Below, piece by piece: positions 1-13,834 of a stretch of 64,000 bases of DNA (positions within the stretch are counted from its first letter, which is position 1; every line of letters begins with the position of its first letter). A program made the translations under genes and the position numbers. This DNA is from Octopus vulgaris (taxonomy: Eukaryota). Below the pieces are notes generated by a model that was not told the DNA's origin, made no database searches, and saw nothing but the letters and a program-made list of their open reading frames with translations. The stretch covers positions 67,394,001 through 67,458,000 of the forward strand of contig OX597833.1 in assembly GCA_951406725.2 (NCBI GenBank), given 5' to 3'.

Positions 1-1905
1 CCATAAGGGGCTACACACAGAGGGGACAAACAAGTGTAACTGGTTCTTAATTTATCGACTCCGAAAGGATGAAGGGTAAATTCGACCTCTGCGGAATTTG
101 AACTCGAACGTAGCAACAAAAGAAATACCGCTAAGCATTTCGCCCGGCGTGCTAACGTTTCTTATTTCTTTACTGCCCACAAGGGGCTACACAATGAGGA
201 GGAAAACAAGGACAGACAAACGGATTAAGTCGATTATATCGACCTCAGTGCGTAACTGGTACTTATTTAATCGATCCCGAAATGATGAAAGGCAAATTCG
301 ACCTCTGCGGAATTTGAACTCAGAACGTAGCGACAAACGAAATACCTCTATGCATTTCGCCCGGCGTGCTAACGTTTCTTATTTCTTTACTGCCCACAAG
401 GGGCTACACAATGAGGAGGAAAACAAGGACAGACAAACGGATTAAGTCGATTATATCGACCTCAGTGCGTAACTGGTACTTATTTAATCGATCCCGAAAT
501 GATGAAAGGCAAATTCGACCTCTGCGGAATTTGAACTCAGAACGTAGCGACAAACGAAATACCTCTATGCATTTCGCCCGGCGTGCTAACGTTTCTTATT
601 TCTTTACTGCCCACAAGGGGCTACACAATGAGGAGGAAAACAAGGACAGACAAACGGATTAAGTCGATTATATCGACCTCAGTGCGTAACTGGTACTTAT
701 TTAATCGATCCCGAAATGATGAAAGGCAAATTCGACCTCTGCGGAATTTGAACTCAGAACGTAGCGACAAACGAAATACCTCTATGCATTTCGCCCGGCG
801 TGCTAACGTTTCTTATTTCTTTACTGCCCACAAGGGGCTACACAATGAGGAGGAAAACAAGGACAGACAAACGGATTAAGTCGATTATATCGACCTCAGT
901 GCGTAACTGGTACTTATTTAATCGATCCCGAAATGATGAAAGGCAAATTCGACCACGGCGGAATTTGAACTCAGAACGTAGCGACAAACGAAATACCTCT
1001 ATGCATTTCGCCCGGCGTGCTAACGTTTCTTATTTCTTTACTGCCCACAAGGGGCTACACAATGAGGAGGAAAACAAGGACAGACAAACGGATTAAGTCG
1101 ATTATATCGACCTCAGTGCGTAACTGGTACTTATTTAATCGATCCCGAATGATGAAAGGCAAATTCGACCACGGCGGAATTTGAACTCAGAACGTAGCGA
1201 CAAACGAAATACCTCTATGCATTTCGCCCGGCGTGCTAACGTTTCTTATTTCTTTACTGCCCACAAGGGGCTACACACTGACGAGGCAAACAAGGACAGA
1301 CAAACGGATTAAGTCGATTATATCGACCTCAGTGCGTAACTGGTACTTATTTAATCGATCCCGAAATGATGAAAGGCAAATTCGACCTCTGCGGAATTTG
1401 AACTCAGAACGTAGCGACAAACGAAATACCTCTATGCATTTCGCCCGGCGTGCTAAAGTTTCTTATTTCTTTACTGCCCACAAGGGGCTACACACTGACG
1501 AGGCAAACAAGGACAGACAAACGGATTAAGTCGATTATATCGACCTCAGTGCGTAACTGGTACTTATTTAATCTATCCCGAAATGATGAAAGGCAAAGTC
1601 GACCTCGGCGGAATTTGAACTCAGAACGTAACGGCAGACGAAATACCGCTAAACATTTCGCCCGGCGTGCTAAAGTTTCTTATTTCTTTACTGCCCACAA
1701 GGGGCTACCCACTGACGAGGCAAACAAGGACAGACAAACGGATTAAGTCGATTATATCGACCTCAGTGCGTAACTGGTACTTATTTAATCTATCCCGAAA
1801 GGATGAAAGGCAAAGTCGACCTCGGCGGAATTTGAACTCAGAACGTAACGGCAGACGAAATACCGCTAAACATTTCGCCCGGTGTGCTAACGATTCCGCC
1901 GGCTC
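1..1905 (-). repeat. Head-to-tail tandem array of tRNA-derived SINE-A: 8 near-complete units of 216-217 bp plus one internally deleted unit cut by the window edge
   Basis: Unit starts (tttcttatttc) at about 158, 375, 592, 809, 1026, 1242, 1459 and 1676. The unit matches the dispersed monomers at 21838-22058 (opposite orientation) and 32789-33019, and carries a B-box GAGTTCAAATTCC on the minus strand. Confidence 0.95.
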
Positions 1906-2261
1906 TTCTACACACTGAGGAGTTACAGCTTCGGCATTTCGGTAGGGTGATTACATCGCGAGAGAAAAAGAACCACAAAATAGGTTTTTCAACCCGAGAC
2001 CATCCGTAGGGTACTTGGGAGTTTACCAAAAGCAAGATAATGCCGATAAAGATAAAAATTTAAAAAATACTTTGATAAGACCCACGGTGTCCGCTGAAAA
2101 CATACTTATAATATTTGTTTCGTATTTTTCTTTCTCTTTGCTCGTGTCTTACAAACCTTTATCTTATTGAAAACGAGAACACAATACGGAGAGACTCAGA
2201 CTTTAGTAACTCGTCCAGTAATGGCTGATCTGCGTCTAAATGGTAAAAGCAATAACACCAA

Positions 2262-2278
2262 CTACCACCACCACCATA

Positions 2279-2312
<34 letters not shown>

Positions 2313-2313
2313 T

Positions 2314-2367
<54 letters not shown>

Positions 2368-2435
2368 CAGTAACACCACCACCACTACTACTACTACTAG
2401 AACTACTACTATCACTACTACAACTACTACTACCA

Positions 2436-2482
<47 letters not shown>

Positions 2483-2522
2483 CACTACCACTAACACCAC
2501 CACCACTACGACTACTACTAGA

Positions 2523-2621
<99 letters not shown>

Positions 2622-2628
2622 GCTACTG

Positions 2629-2664
<36 letters not shown>

Positions 2665-2731
2665 TTACTACTACTACTACTACTACTACTACCACAATCA
2701 CTACTACTACTACTACTACTACTACCACTAT

Positions 2732-2792
<61 letters not shown>

Positions 2793-2800
2793 GCTACTAC
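2262..2800. repeat. Compound (CTA)n/(CCA)n trinucleotide microsatellite
   Basis: Visible directly. Interrupted by a duplicated motif (taacaccaccaccactac...actagaact) at about 2371 and 2492. Confidence 0.95.
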
Positions 2801-3240
2801 GTCGTTATGATAACAACAGTTGAAGAAATAAAAGTCGTAGGCAAGAATCACAAAAAGCATTTGGACAGGACAGAAGGTAAAATCATAAGATGGGACCAAT
2901 AAGGGAGATGGGAATAAACAAGGATTGCAACGGAGGAGACTGAAATAACAACGCGTTGTGTGCACGCGTATGTGTGTGCGTATGTATGTGTGTATGTGTC
3001 TGTGTGTGTGTGTAAGGAACTGGTGATTGTGTATGAACTGGAATGAATGTGTGTGTGCATGAGTGTGTGTGTGTGTGTGTATGTGTGTGTGTGTGCGTTC
3101 TGGTTTGAGGTATTGAAAATATATGTTGGCCGTAACGCTGTGAGTCTATATTTCGAAAAGCAATTTTAGCGCTGGTTGTTTTATGGTCCCACACAAATCT
3201 ACGTACACACACACATGCACACACACACACACAAACACAC

Positions 3241-3310
<70 letters not shown>

Positions 3311-3341
3311 GTAGATGTGATTTTATATATGTGTATATATT

Positions 3342-3490
3342 GGCACAGGGGGGGACTGTGTGGTAAGAAGCTTGTTTCCCACCCCCATGGTTCCGTGTTC
3401 GGTCCCACAGTGCAGCAATTCTACTTTAGCCATTGGCCAACCAGGGAGCAGTGGATTTGGTTGACGGAAACTAAAATAAATCGCGTCGTA
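3342..3490 (+). mobile_element. Degenerate SINE-B, 5' half
   Basis: ctgtgtggtaagaagcttg...catggttcc...gtggatttggttgacggaaact aligns to the 5' half of the copy at 30161. Confidence 0.75.
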
Positions 3491-3492
3491 TA

Positions 3493-3578
<86 letters not shown>

Positions 3579-3619
3579 TATATGTATCTTATATATGTAT
3601 ATATATATATATATATATT

Positions 3620-4786
3620 TCTTTTCAGCTGAAACCTTGGTACTGTGGACGATAGAAAATCGCATGAAGAATAACGAGTCTGTCACAGCTGTTCAGGCTG
3701 TTCCCACCCATAACACAATCTTACGTTGGGTGAATGCACTTCGTGCACGAGGTACACTAATGAATAGGAGTCTAGTCGGGGTGCCACGAACGGTACCGAC
3801 GCCGGAAATGTGAAACGAGTCAGACAAGATTTGATATGGGGTCCGAATCGTTCTGCTCGGTGACATTCCACATAATTTGGCATTGGCGTTGGCATCGGTA
3901 ATCGAGCCGTAAGGCGTATTTTCCATGAAGTCCTGCATTTCCAGCCGTACGAATTGGTTATTGGACAACAGTTGAAACCATCGGACCATGTACAGCGGCT
4001 TAATTTCCCAGGTCAGATGGAAGCAATTTTCGAGGCACATCAGAAGCTCATTTTCGTAATGAGTGATAAAACACATTTTGTTCTCAATGACATGGTGAAT
4101 CAAAAGAACTGTCGTTATTGGGATCTTGAAAACCCGAGAGAACTGCCCGAAAGACCACTGCATAGCCCAAAAGTGACGGTTTGGTGTACTGTTGGAAAAG
4201 CTGCCGTCATTTGGTCCTTACTTTTTTGAAGACAGTATTGGAAATCTTGTTACTGTGAACTCCAAGAGTTACATCGAGATGATAAACAACTTGTTTCTGC
4301 CTGAATTTTGACGAAAACATATGTCTATTATTCGACGTAAATGGTTTCAGCAGGATGGGGTGCAGGCCCACACGTTCAGATCATCAATGGAGGTTCTTCG
4401 CCCTCTCTTCGGTAACCACCTCATTTCCAGTTTTGTTGATATTCCTTGCCTTGGCATACTCGGTCACTTGATTTGCCCATGTGTGATTCTTTCTTGCGAG
4501 GAAACCTCAAGGCACGTGTGTATGCGTATAAGGCCCGTACACTGGACGATTTGAAGAAATGTATTCGTGTTGTGGAAATCGCCCAAATGAGCAGAGCAAA
4601 TCTGGAAAGATTGGAGGCTAACTTCCAAGAATGGACGCCACATGATGGATGATGTTTTTCACATTTAATTTTGAGAAATGCTAATTCAATACGAACACAC
4701 TAACGCCAATAAAATTTTTTGGTAGCTAAACCTATTGATTTTGTGAATTTTTCAAAATCCTTCCTTCTTCTCTGCCCCACCCTGTA
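3620..4786 (+). mobile_element. Decayed Tc1/mariner-superfamily DNA transposon (maT/Tc3-like transposase pseudogene)
   Basis: Frameshifted fragments in the expected order: TILRWVNALRARGT (helix-turn-helix region), SDKTHFVLNDMVNQKNCRYW...PLHSPKVTVWC (first catalytic D), WFQQDG.AHT (second D), and WHTRSLDLPMCDSFLRGNLKARVY (WPPRSPDLxPCDFFLWG-like). The right end ccaccctg is followed by TA at 4785. Confidence 0.9.
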
Positions 4787-6073
4787 TATAATTCAGCCAA
4801 ATGTTATTTCGTTTCTTTCGTGATTACATCATCTCATCACTGTCGCAAATTGTTCAACACCCGAACGCAACGTTGATTTGACAGCTTCCGTATTAACACT
4901 CATTGGTCGTTCGGGGCTATAGCAGGAAACACTGGATCAAGGTGCCGCGTATGTGGCTATAAACTGGGCCCCAAACCATATGACTCCAGACAAATGTTCT
5001 TAACTGAACATAATTTCTCGCTCTGTTTTTCGGCAAACATTTTTATTCTATGCATCACAAGAAGAGGAAAGCAACATTTTTTGTCTTTTTCCACAGCTTC
5101 CAAGACTGATGTAGGGACGAGAATTTATGAACAGAACTAGTGAAACATGTTTTTGTTGTGTAACATACTTCTCTAAAAACATTTAGTATTTCTCACATCT
5201 TTACGACACATGACAGACCCCAGTGAAAATACCCTGCACAAATTAGTTCCAATGTTAGAAATACGGAAACGAAGATCCGGCTTTCGACAAAACAACAGTA
5301 CAAGTGCTGAAAAAAGGGAAAAAAGTCTCCTATCAAATACAATATTTTTTATTATAAAATCTAAATGACATTTCATAAAGTCGTACAGTAGCACCAATAC
5401 TCCACTCTGTCTGTAACTAAGACATCTAATTAAGTAATTAGTCTCGGTCATTAATGCCAGTTTCCATCAGGCGATGCAGATAATTATCTAAAAACATTGG
5501 CTGTAGTATAATGATGTTTTTTAAGAGGGTATTTGGTTTTAGAATGGTTGATAATGAGTATCGTCAGGGCCTATGTAGAATATTTGTTTTGTGCAAGTCC
5601 TGTCGCGACTTGCACGAAAGAAAGAATCACGTGGCTAACCATTCCATGATATTTTGTCCGACACTCCACCAATTATGCCTCTAGGACTATAGAAAAAAAT
5701 TGTAGAAGAATATTACATTACAGCACATGCGCAATGACCTCAATTTGGGTGATGACTAAATACATCGTAAGTATATCATTGGCGCTAGTTGGATGATTGG
5801 TAAAACTTCATTGACATATTAATTCTCCGAACCAGGGGATGATTGTCGTTGAAAGAATGAATAAAGGAGTGTTTAGGACTCAGGGACGAACAAATATTAT
5901 AATGGAGATCATCCAATGGCAACCGTTTGTGATTCCCTTTTCGTTCATTTTTCTCTCTGAATATTAACAACGCTGGCAGATATTCAATGGTATCTGTCAC
6001 ACCCACATATATATGTATATTTATGTATATAATTCCATACGTATGTGTGTATGTATGTATGTATGTATGTATG

Positions 6074-6105
<32 letters not shown>

Positions 6106-6123
6106 TGTATCTATGTATCTATG

Positions 6124-6156
<33 letters not shown>

Positions 6157-6259
6157 GTCTATCTATATATCTATCTGTCTGTATTTCTTTCCTTCTGATT
6201 ATCTTCCACTGCATACTGGAGTCGACCTAACCGTCTAGCTCTCTCTCAAAACCCGAATT

Positions 6260-6424
6260 TTTTTTGGTGTGAGCCAGACGGTTAGGTCGACTCCAGGATG
6301 CAATTGGTACGTAATTTATCGGCCCCGAAAAGAGGAAAAGGCAAGGTCGACCTCGGCGGAATTTGAACATCAGAACGTAAAGACAGACGAAATACAGCGA
6401 AGCATTTCTGCCAGCTCAACGCCA
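6260..6424 (-). mobile_element. SINE-A (A2-type 3' region), partially deleted
   Basis: Contains the SINE-A core ggtcgacctcggcggaatttgaac...gacgaaatac. Confidence 0.85.
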
Positions 6425-6450
6425 TACTGCATTTATATATTTACACATGA

Positions 6451-6528
<78 letters not shown>

Positions 6529-6663
6529 CTGTGTGTCTCTGTGTGTGTGTGTGTGTGTGTGTGCGTGTTTATGTGACTGCGTGTGACTAATTTAGCGGTC
6601 ATGACGGTATAGTTGTGTTTATGTATACACACACACATACACACACACTCATACACACAAACA

Positions 6664-6730
<67 letters not shown>

Positions 6731-7203
6731 GCATATATGTGCTAAGGAGATATTTTAAGAATCTAAGGAAGTAATTATACCACACCATAATATAAGTCTC
6801 TTTCTCTCTCACTCCCTCTCTCTCTCTCTCACTCACTCTCTCTCTCTCTCTCTCTGTCTCTGTCACTCACACACACACATACATACAAATACGCACACAC
6901 ATGCATTGTAAAAAGGCATAAACGAAACAAAACTAATCAATTAAAACAAAAACAAAACAAAGTATGAAGCTAAAATTAGCGGAATCTTCAAGAAATTTCT
7001 ATCAGTTTGTCAATCGCAGAAGGGATTCGATAAGAATTAAATGAAGAAAGCCTGCAGTGTTCGATAATATCGCAGGAACTTTCCAAATGTCAAACTAAGT
7101 GGCACAACACCTCACATACACAAAAACAAAAATGGAGTAAACATTAAAATAATTTATAGAACCCTTAAAAGAGAACAGTTCACCGAACTTGAGCATAATT
7201 AAG

Positions 7204-7329
<126 letters not shown>

Positions 7330-7370
7330 AGCATCACAAAGTGGGAAGTCATACAAAAGGTAAATGGATA

Positions 7371-7417
<47 letters not shown>

Positions 7418-7493
7418 ATATATATACATATATATTTAATATATATATATATAATATATATATGATATATATATTAGTATATATAAATACATA

Positions 7494-7569
<76 letters not shown>

Positions 7570-8101
7570 TTATATAGAAATATTAAATAAACAACATGAA
7601 ATGTTGAGGAAATAGATGATTTTACTTTATTTTATATGCATTTTTTTCGTAAATTTGCATTTTGACTCGTTTAATAGCTTCTTTATATTGGAATGTTGAG
7701 GATGAGTTTCAGGCAAATATTTGTTTTCATTCTATAGTTTATCAGAATTTGCTTCTATCTCATTTGTGTGTGTCTATGCGTCCGAGTATACACGACTATA
7801 TAATGCTAATATAATACATATATGTGTGTGTGTGTGTATGGATATATAAATATATATATATATATACATATATACACACATACACACAGAGACCAAACAT
7901 ATATAATTAAGTATATATATTTATACATCGATGTGTATGAGTAGGCGTGGACTTGACTGTGTGTATATAAATTATTATACACACCCACAGACACATTCAC
8001 ATATGTAATGAGCGATACAGACTTTATACTTATATATATGCTTCTATGTACGTATATGACTATATATACATATATACAAATAATATACAGATGTATATAT
8101 G

Positions 8102-8152
<51 letters not shown>

Positions 8153-8241
8153 CTATATACAGATTTATATATATATATACATATATATACACATATATAT
8201 ATACGTATATAGATATAAATATACATATATATTTCTATACA

Positions 8242-8290
<49 letters not shown>

Positions 8291-8739
8291 ATATACATGT
8301 ATAGATATTAATATTTATATATATTTATATTCCCTCGCACGCACATAGAGACATTTTTATCCATCACCATGACAACTCTTTTCCGTTTCTATGGTCATTT
8401 CTATTAACGTGTTGCAGCATTGATGTCTAGTCCATCATCTCCCTTGACAATTATCCTTCGTCAATTATTTACATTAATTATCTTTTCAATGTTGCCTGAG
8501 CATCTGTCAAATGTTATCTTAGTCTCTGTGTAGCCGTTACTGATTCTATACACTTGTATAGTTTAGACTTTGCTTCTACAGTTTGACAGAAATGGGAATA
8601 TTTCTTTATCTTGTTATTTGTCGGAGCAATTATTCTTTGATTGCTTCATATCATTATTGCTTATTCAAAAATCTTCTTCAAACTTTAAGGTTATATACAT
8701 GCATATACATACATACATACATATATACGTACATATATG

Positions 8740-8774
<35 letters not shown>

Positions 8775-8785
8775 ATATATATGTG

Positions 8786-8819
<34 letters not shown>

Positions 8820-8821
8820 TA

Positions 8822-8867
<46 letters not shown>

Positions 8868-8937
8868 TATACAGCTGTGTATGCATGTGTGTGCATATGC
8901 ATAAATATATTATATATACATATACATATACATATGC

Positions 8938-8975
<38 letters not shown>

Positions 8976-9555
8976 ATATGTATATGTATACATTTATATG
9001 TATTTATGTATATGTAATATATTTATGCATATGTACACACATGCCTACACAGCTATATACTTCCACATATTTAATTCAACTGTGATTTCTTAATTTATGT
9101 ATTTTGTTTTGAAAACGGATGCTAAGTTGCTTTGAGAGCTAATCTCTGAATTAACATCTACGCTGCAAACTTAATTTATACCTAATTTGTCTTAGTGACA
9201 CTAATAATTTTTTTTTTTTTTCTGTTTTGTAATATCTGTAGGAGAGATAGAAAATGAAACAAGCAACAAAAAAAAAAAACGAAACTGAAACTTAAGTCTT
9301 TGAGAAACAGTAGCTAATTCTTTGTCAAATATGCCGTTGACACCGTTCAAATTCGATTGAGATAGATTTTGCTGGTTTACTCTTATCTTACTCTTGTTTA
9401 AGTCGTTTGCCTATGGTCATGCTGGGGCATCGGCGGGAAGAACTTTTAGTGGAATAAATCGAACCAAGTACTTATTGATTCTAACGGTTTATTTTGCAGA
9501 ACCGGCAAGGGAACGCAAACAAACAAACACACACATGCATAATAGAATATATATA

Positions 9556-9591
<36 letters not shown>

Positions 9592-9757
9592 CGGAGATGT
9601 ACTCGCATAGCAAGTAATGCAGCACGGATTTTTGTCAGTGAACAGGTCGCGGATTTTAGCGACGAAAATATTTTGACAAATTAAACTTAAATGTTGAAGT
9701 GAATCGAACGGCTTTTGTGTGTTTCTTAAATGGCTTATAAACACCTTCCACGCTGCA

Positions 9758-9802
<45 letters not shown>

Positions 9803-9864
9803 CATACATATATCTATGTAATATACACATATATATATATACATACACAACCACACACAGACAT

Positions 9865-9897
<33 letters not shown>

Positions 9898-10194
9898 ACG
9901 AGGTCTTGGTCTTTTAAGAGTCTGTCTACCATCATCTGCTAAATCTACAAGAGAAAATTCTATAGGACCAGTATTTAGTTTTTTTTTGTCTGTTGATGAG
10001 TGAATGAGTATAGTGATTCGTATAGGACCTGAGTTGGGGATTGGATATAACATAGACGATTAGTCAGGATACAAGTGTGACGATAATATCCGAGTGGATA
10101 TGAAACGAGATCAACAACTTTTGAGCAACAGTTGCCAGTGTATTTGCAATAGAAAAAACAAAACAGTGGATACAAGGCATTTGTAGAAAGACAC

Positions 10195-10385
10195 ACATAC
10201 GCATACATACGTATATAGACATGTGTATACGACAGGCTTCTTTCAGTTTCTCTCTACCAAATCTAACCAAAGACCTTCAGTCGGCCTGAAGCTAGTGTAG
10301 AAAACACTTACCCAAGTTGCCACGCATTGAGACTGAATCCCGAGCTATGTTGTTAGGAAGCGATCTTCCGACCACACATCCACTT
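10195..10385 (-). mobile_element. SINE-B 5' half, diverged
   Basis: cgacaggcttctttcagtttc...ctaccaaat...acacttacccaag matches the reverse complement of SINE-B. Confidence 0.8.
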
Positions 10386-11498
10386 TTACGTTTATAGAAT
10401 ACACAATGTCAAATCAATTTAAGACAGATATATGTATAAATATATATATATTTAATCATATACAACCAAAATGTGTCAACTTTGAGCCAAATAGACTAGA
10501 AGACATTCCTTTTGATGTCCTGCGGCTCCTTAGTGACATCGATATAACAAGAGCTTTGGAAAAGTAATTAATAGTTTGCCGAAAAGTATGTCTGTCTGCG
10601 TCACGTATATTCGCATTGAAGTTATATATATTTAACGTCAATACATTTTAAATGCACTCTAGATTATCTTAGATATCTTACCTATAGGTTTAACGTTATA
10701 TTTAGCATTCTTATAGATTCTTTCGAAATCTTCGACAAACTCCTTGTTAAAGCTATCATCAAACAATGTAAACTTCAGAGTTGTTGATGTCTGCGGGGAA
10801 AAAATAGTTGTAAGATTTACTGGGACAATTTGATTGCATATTCATTTATTAGACTTATTTTGTTTATGGCTATCCTGCAATAACAATTTCAGAGATGCCA
10901 GTTAGAATACTCTACGGCACTTAATGATTTGGAATCGAAATCGATTGGCATCGCGAGAGAAGTAAGTAACTTTCAGGAAGAACTTTAGGACATCTATGCT
11001 TGTACAAGAGTTGCTTCTGCATTTAACCAATCCACAGATGACCACAAAAGATTTCTTTATGACACACAAAATACAATTACGACGCATTTACAAAGCAATT
11101 ACTTGACAATTGAAATAGAATGATGTCCCCACAATATATATAAATGCGATTATACATATAACTATGTATGTATGTATATATATATATATATATGTATGTA
11201 TATATATATATATATATATATGTATACATATATGTGCATGTATCTATACGTTTATGTATGTATAACGTATATATATATATACTAGTTTATATATGTATAT
11301 ATACACACATATATATATGCATATATATATATGCATGTATCTATACGTTTATGTATGTATAACGTATATATATATATATATATAGGTATTAATGTATATA
11401 TTTATATATGTATATACACATACCGGTATGCATACACCTCTATATACATATGTTTATATATATACATGTACCTCTGTGTGTGTGTGTGTGTGTGTGTA

Positions 11499-11546
<48 letters not shown>

Positions 11547-12479
11547 GTGTGTGTAATTTTGTATGTATGTATGAATATGTGTATACATTTAGTTTACAAT
11601 ATTCTATTAGTGAAAAGGGCAGTATATATATTCAAAAGTCGTATTGGTTCTGACAAAATGATCACTTATCGCTAGTTTTCCAAAGAGATATTGTATATGA
11701 AGAAACTGAATAAAAGGCCATCAGAGAATCTGTAACTCTAATGAAAAGACTAATGCTGCAGGTTATATTAAAGATAGACATTTCTGTAGATTACTGTTTC
11801 ATGCTGGCAGTTGTAGGAAGTTCCATTGATGGAACAGCTGGAGAACTCGTCGACGAAACCGATAGAATGATAGGAGAGAATAATCGATAACTACTGAAGA
11901 ACAGACATTTGTGTAACTTATTAAATTGTCCTCGGAAAGGCAAAACTGTATATACACATACATGCATACATGTGTACAACGGCACAGATGCATATATGCA
12001 TAAAAGTAACCACACATAGACATAGACAGACAGACACACACATACACACACGCACACACACACATGTACATATATAGGTAAGTGCTACTATCGAGCAGTA
12101 AGAATAAGTGCTCGACATCGCATTGGTGTATAAATAAATATACTTCATTTGTGGGTTAGCAAGGCTGCCGCTGGTTTTATGCCGAGAGAAACATCTACAA
12201 TTATCGGGCCTGCCAATGGTCGCCTTGTTAAAAGACAAATAAAGTATATACGTAATTACATAATCAGTGAGAGACAAAGAGGATGAATTTGTTTAATATG
12301 TCTCCTTTCATCTTTACATTGGATACGACGATTTTGTGAGGCATTGTTTCATCAGTTCGTTCAGGTGCACATTTGGTAATCAGAGTCTGAACGACTTAAG
12401 TTTCTGTAAGAAACTAGCAGAAATTTCAGTCGCATGGGGCGCAACCAAACTGCTTTAGATAATGATATATATCTACATA

Positions 12480-12735
12480 GGTCTATTGAATCAGCCTTTT
12501 GCCTTCGTTTGTCCATATATACATGATGTGTTCTTCTGGCATTGGACGACGTATAAGCTTTCGGAAATTGCTTCCCGAACAACCACACAGATGATTCGCT
12601 TACAGTGATCAAACGTTTGTGTACGCAAAAGCTCACCTACTCCATGAAACCGGCACACCGTGTGGCACTTGCTATATTTTGAAATGATTGCAGAGCAATG
12701 TGAAATGAATTGCTTTGCTCAAGAACACAACGGAT
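12480..12735 (-). mobile_element. Old CORE-like SINE remnant
   Basis: tgtgaaatgaattgctttgctcaagaacacaac resembles the motif at about 18830-18860 and 41135-41170. Boundaries are approximate. Confidence 0.55.
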
Positions 12736-13658
12736 TTATGTTTTTATAAATTATATATATACATATATATATATATATAAGGAGATAGACATATATATAC
12801 ATATACATATATACATGTCTCTATCTAGCTATGTATCTATCTCTCTTCTCTCTGTCTCTCTGTCTCTCTGTCTCTCTGTCTCTCTATATATACATATATA
12901 CATACATACATGCATACCTACTTACATACTTCCATATATTAGTGTGTGTCTTTGCGTTTGTGCGTCTGTGAGACACTTTTGCGATGAAATTAGATTAACC
13001 CGTAAATTACAGAAAAGCAAAATGAAAAAAAAATATTAAAACCATAAAGAAGAAGAACAACCAGGCGAAGACATAAAGAGGAAATGAGATAATAGCTAAA
13101 TGTGTATTATGAACTAATGGTTATCAATGATTGGAACAAAACCCAACCATGCGGCACATCGGACAAGGGAGCGACAATTACTATGACCTTTACAATGGCC
13201 ATTGCGTGCCGCTTGCGACGGAAAAGGATGTGAATCTTCGTCGCAAATAACCGACGCGGTCCACTGCGGATATAAAGGTTCTCTCATCTGTGTCTTGAAA
13301 ATGTGTAAGCCATCATTAATCAATGAAGGGCCTCACTGAGTAGAGAACAAGTTTTATACGGGAAGCGTTCACGGTTGAGAGCAGATTAAACATATATACA
13401 CATAGCCATTGATGTATATATAAATGAGGGCTACAATCATGTACTTTGTATATATGTACACACACAAAGACACACATATATATATATACATATATGCATG
13501 TATGTGTATGTGTGTATATACATACAAATATACATACACACACACAAATATATGTTCTCTGTATATTGACATATTCTTTCACACGCACATGTCCCAACCA
13601 GCATATAGATATATATATATACATACATACCTATATATATATATATATATACATGCAC

Positions 13659-13793
<135 letters not shown>

Positions 13794-13834
13794 AACACAA
13801 ACACACACACGCTCACATACACACATATATACAA

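Noticed and set aside
1-1905. CRISPR array or hammerhead-containing satellite (ctgacgag in three units)
   Set aside because: There are no unique spacers or cas genes. The CTGACGA is not followed by a stem II and GAAA, and is only a variant of the SINE tail.
98-1918. Repeated 98-aa ORFs as a tandem gene family
   Set aside because: They are antisense translations of a tRNA-derived SINE. The 217-bp unit is not a multiple of three, and the same peptides appear at every dispersed copy.
11791-11890. Possible terminal exon (DYCFMLAVVGSSIDGTAGELVDETDRMIGENNR*)
   Set aside because: It is short, has a weak acceptor and no recognisable homology, so it cannot be distinguished from chance.
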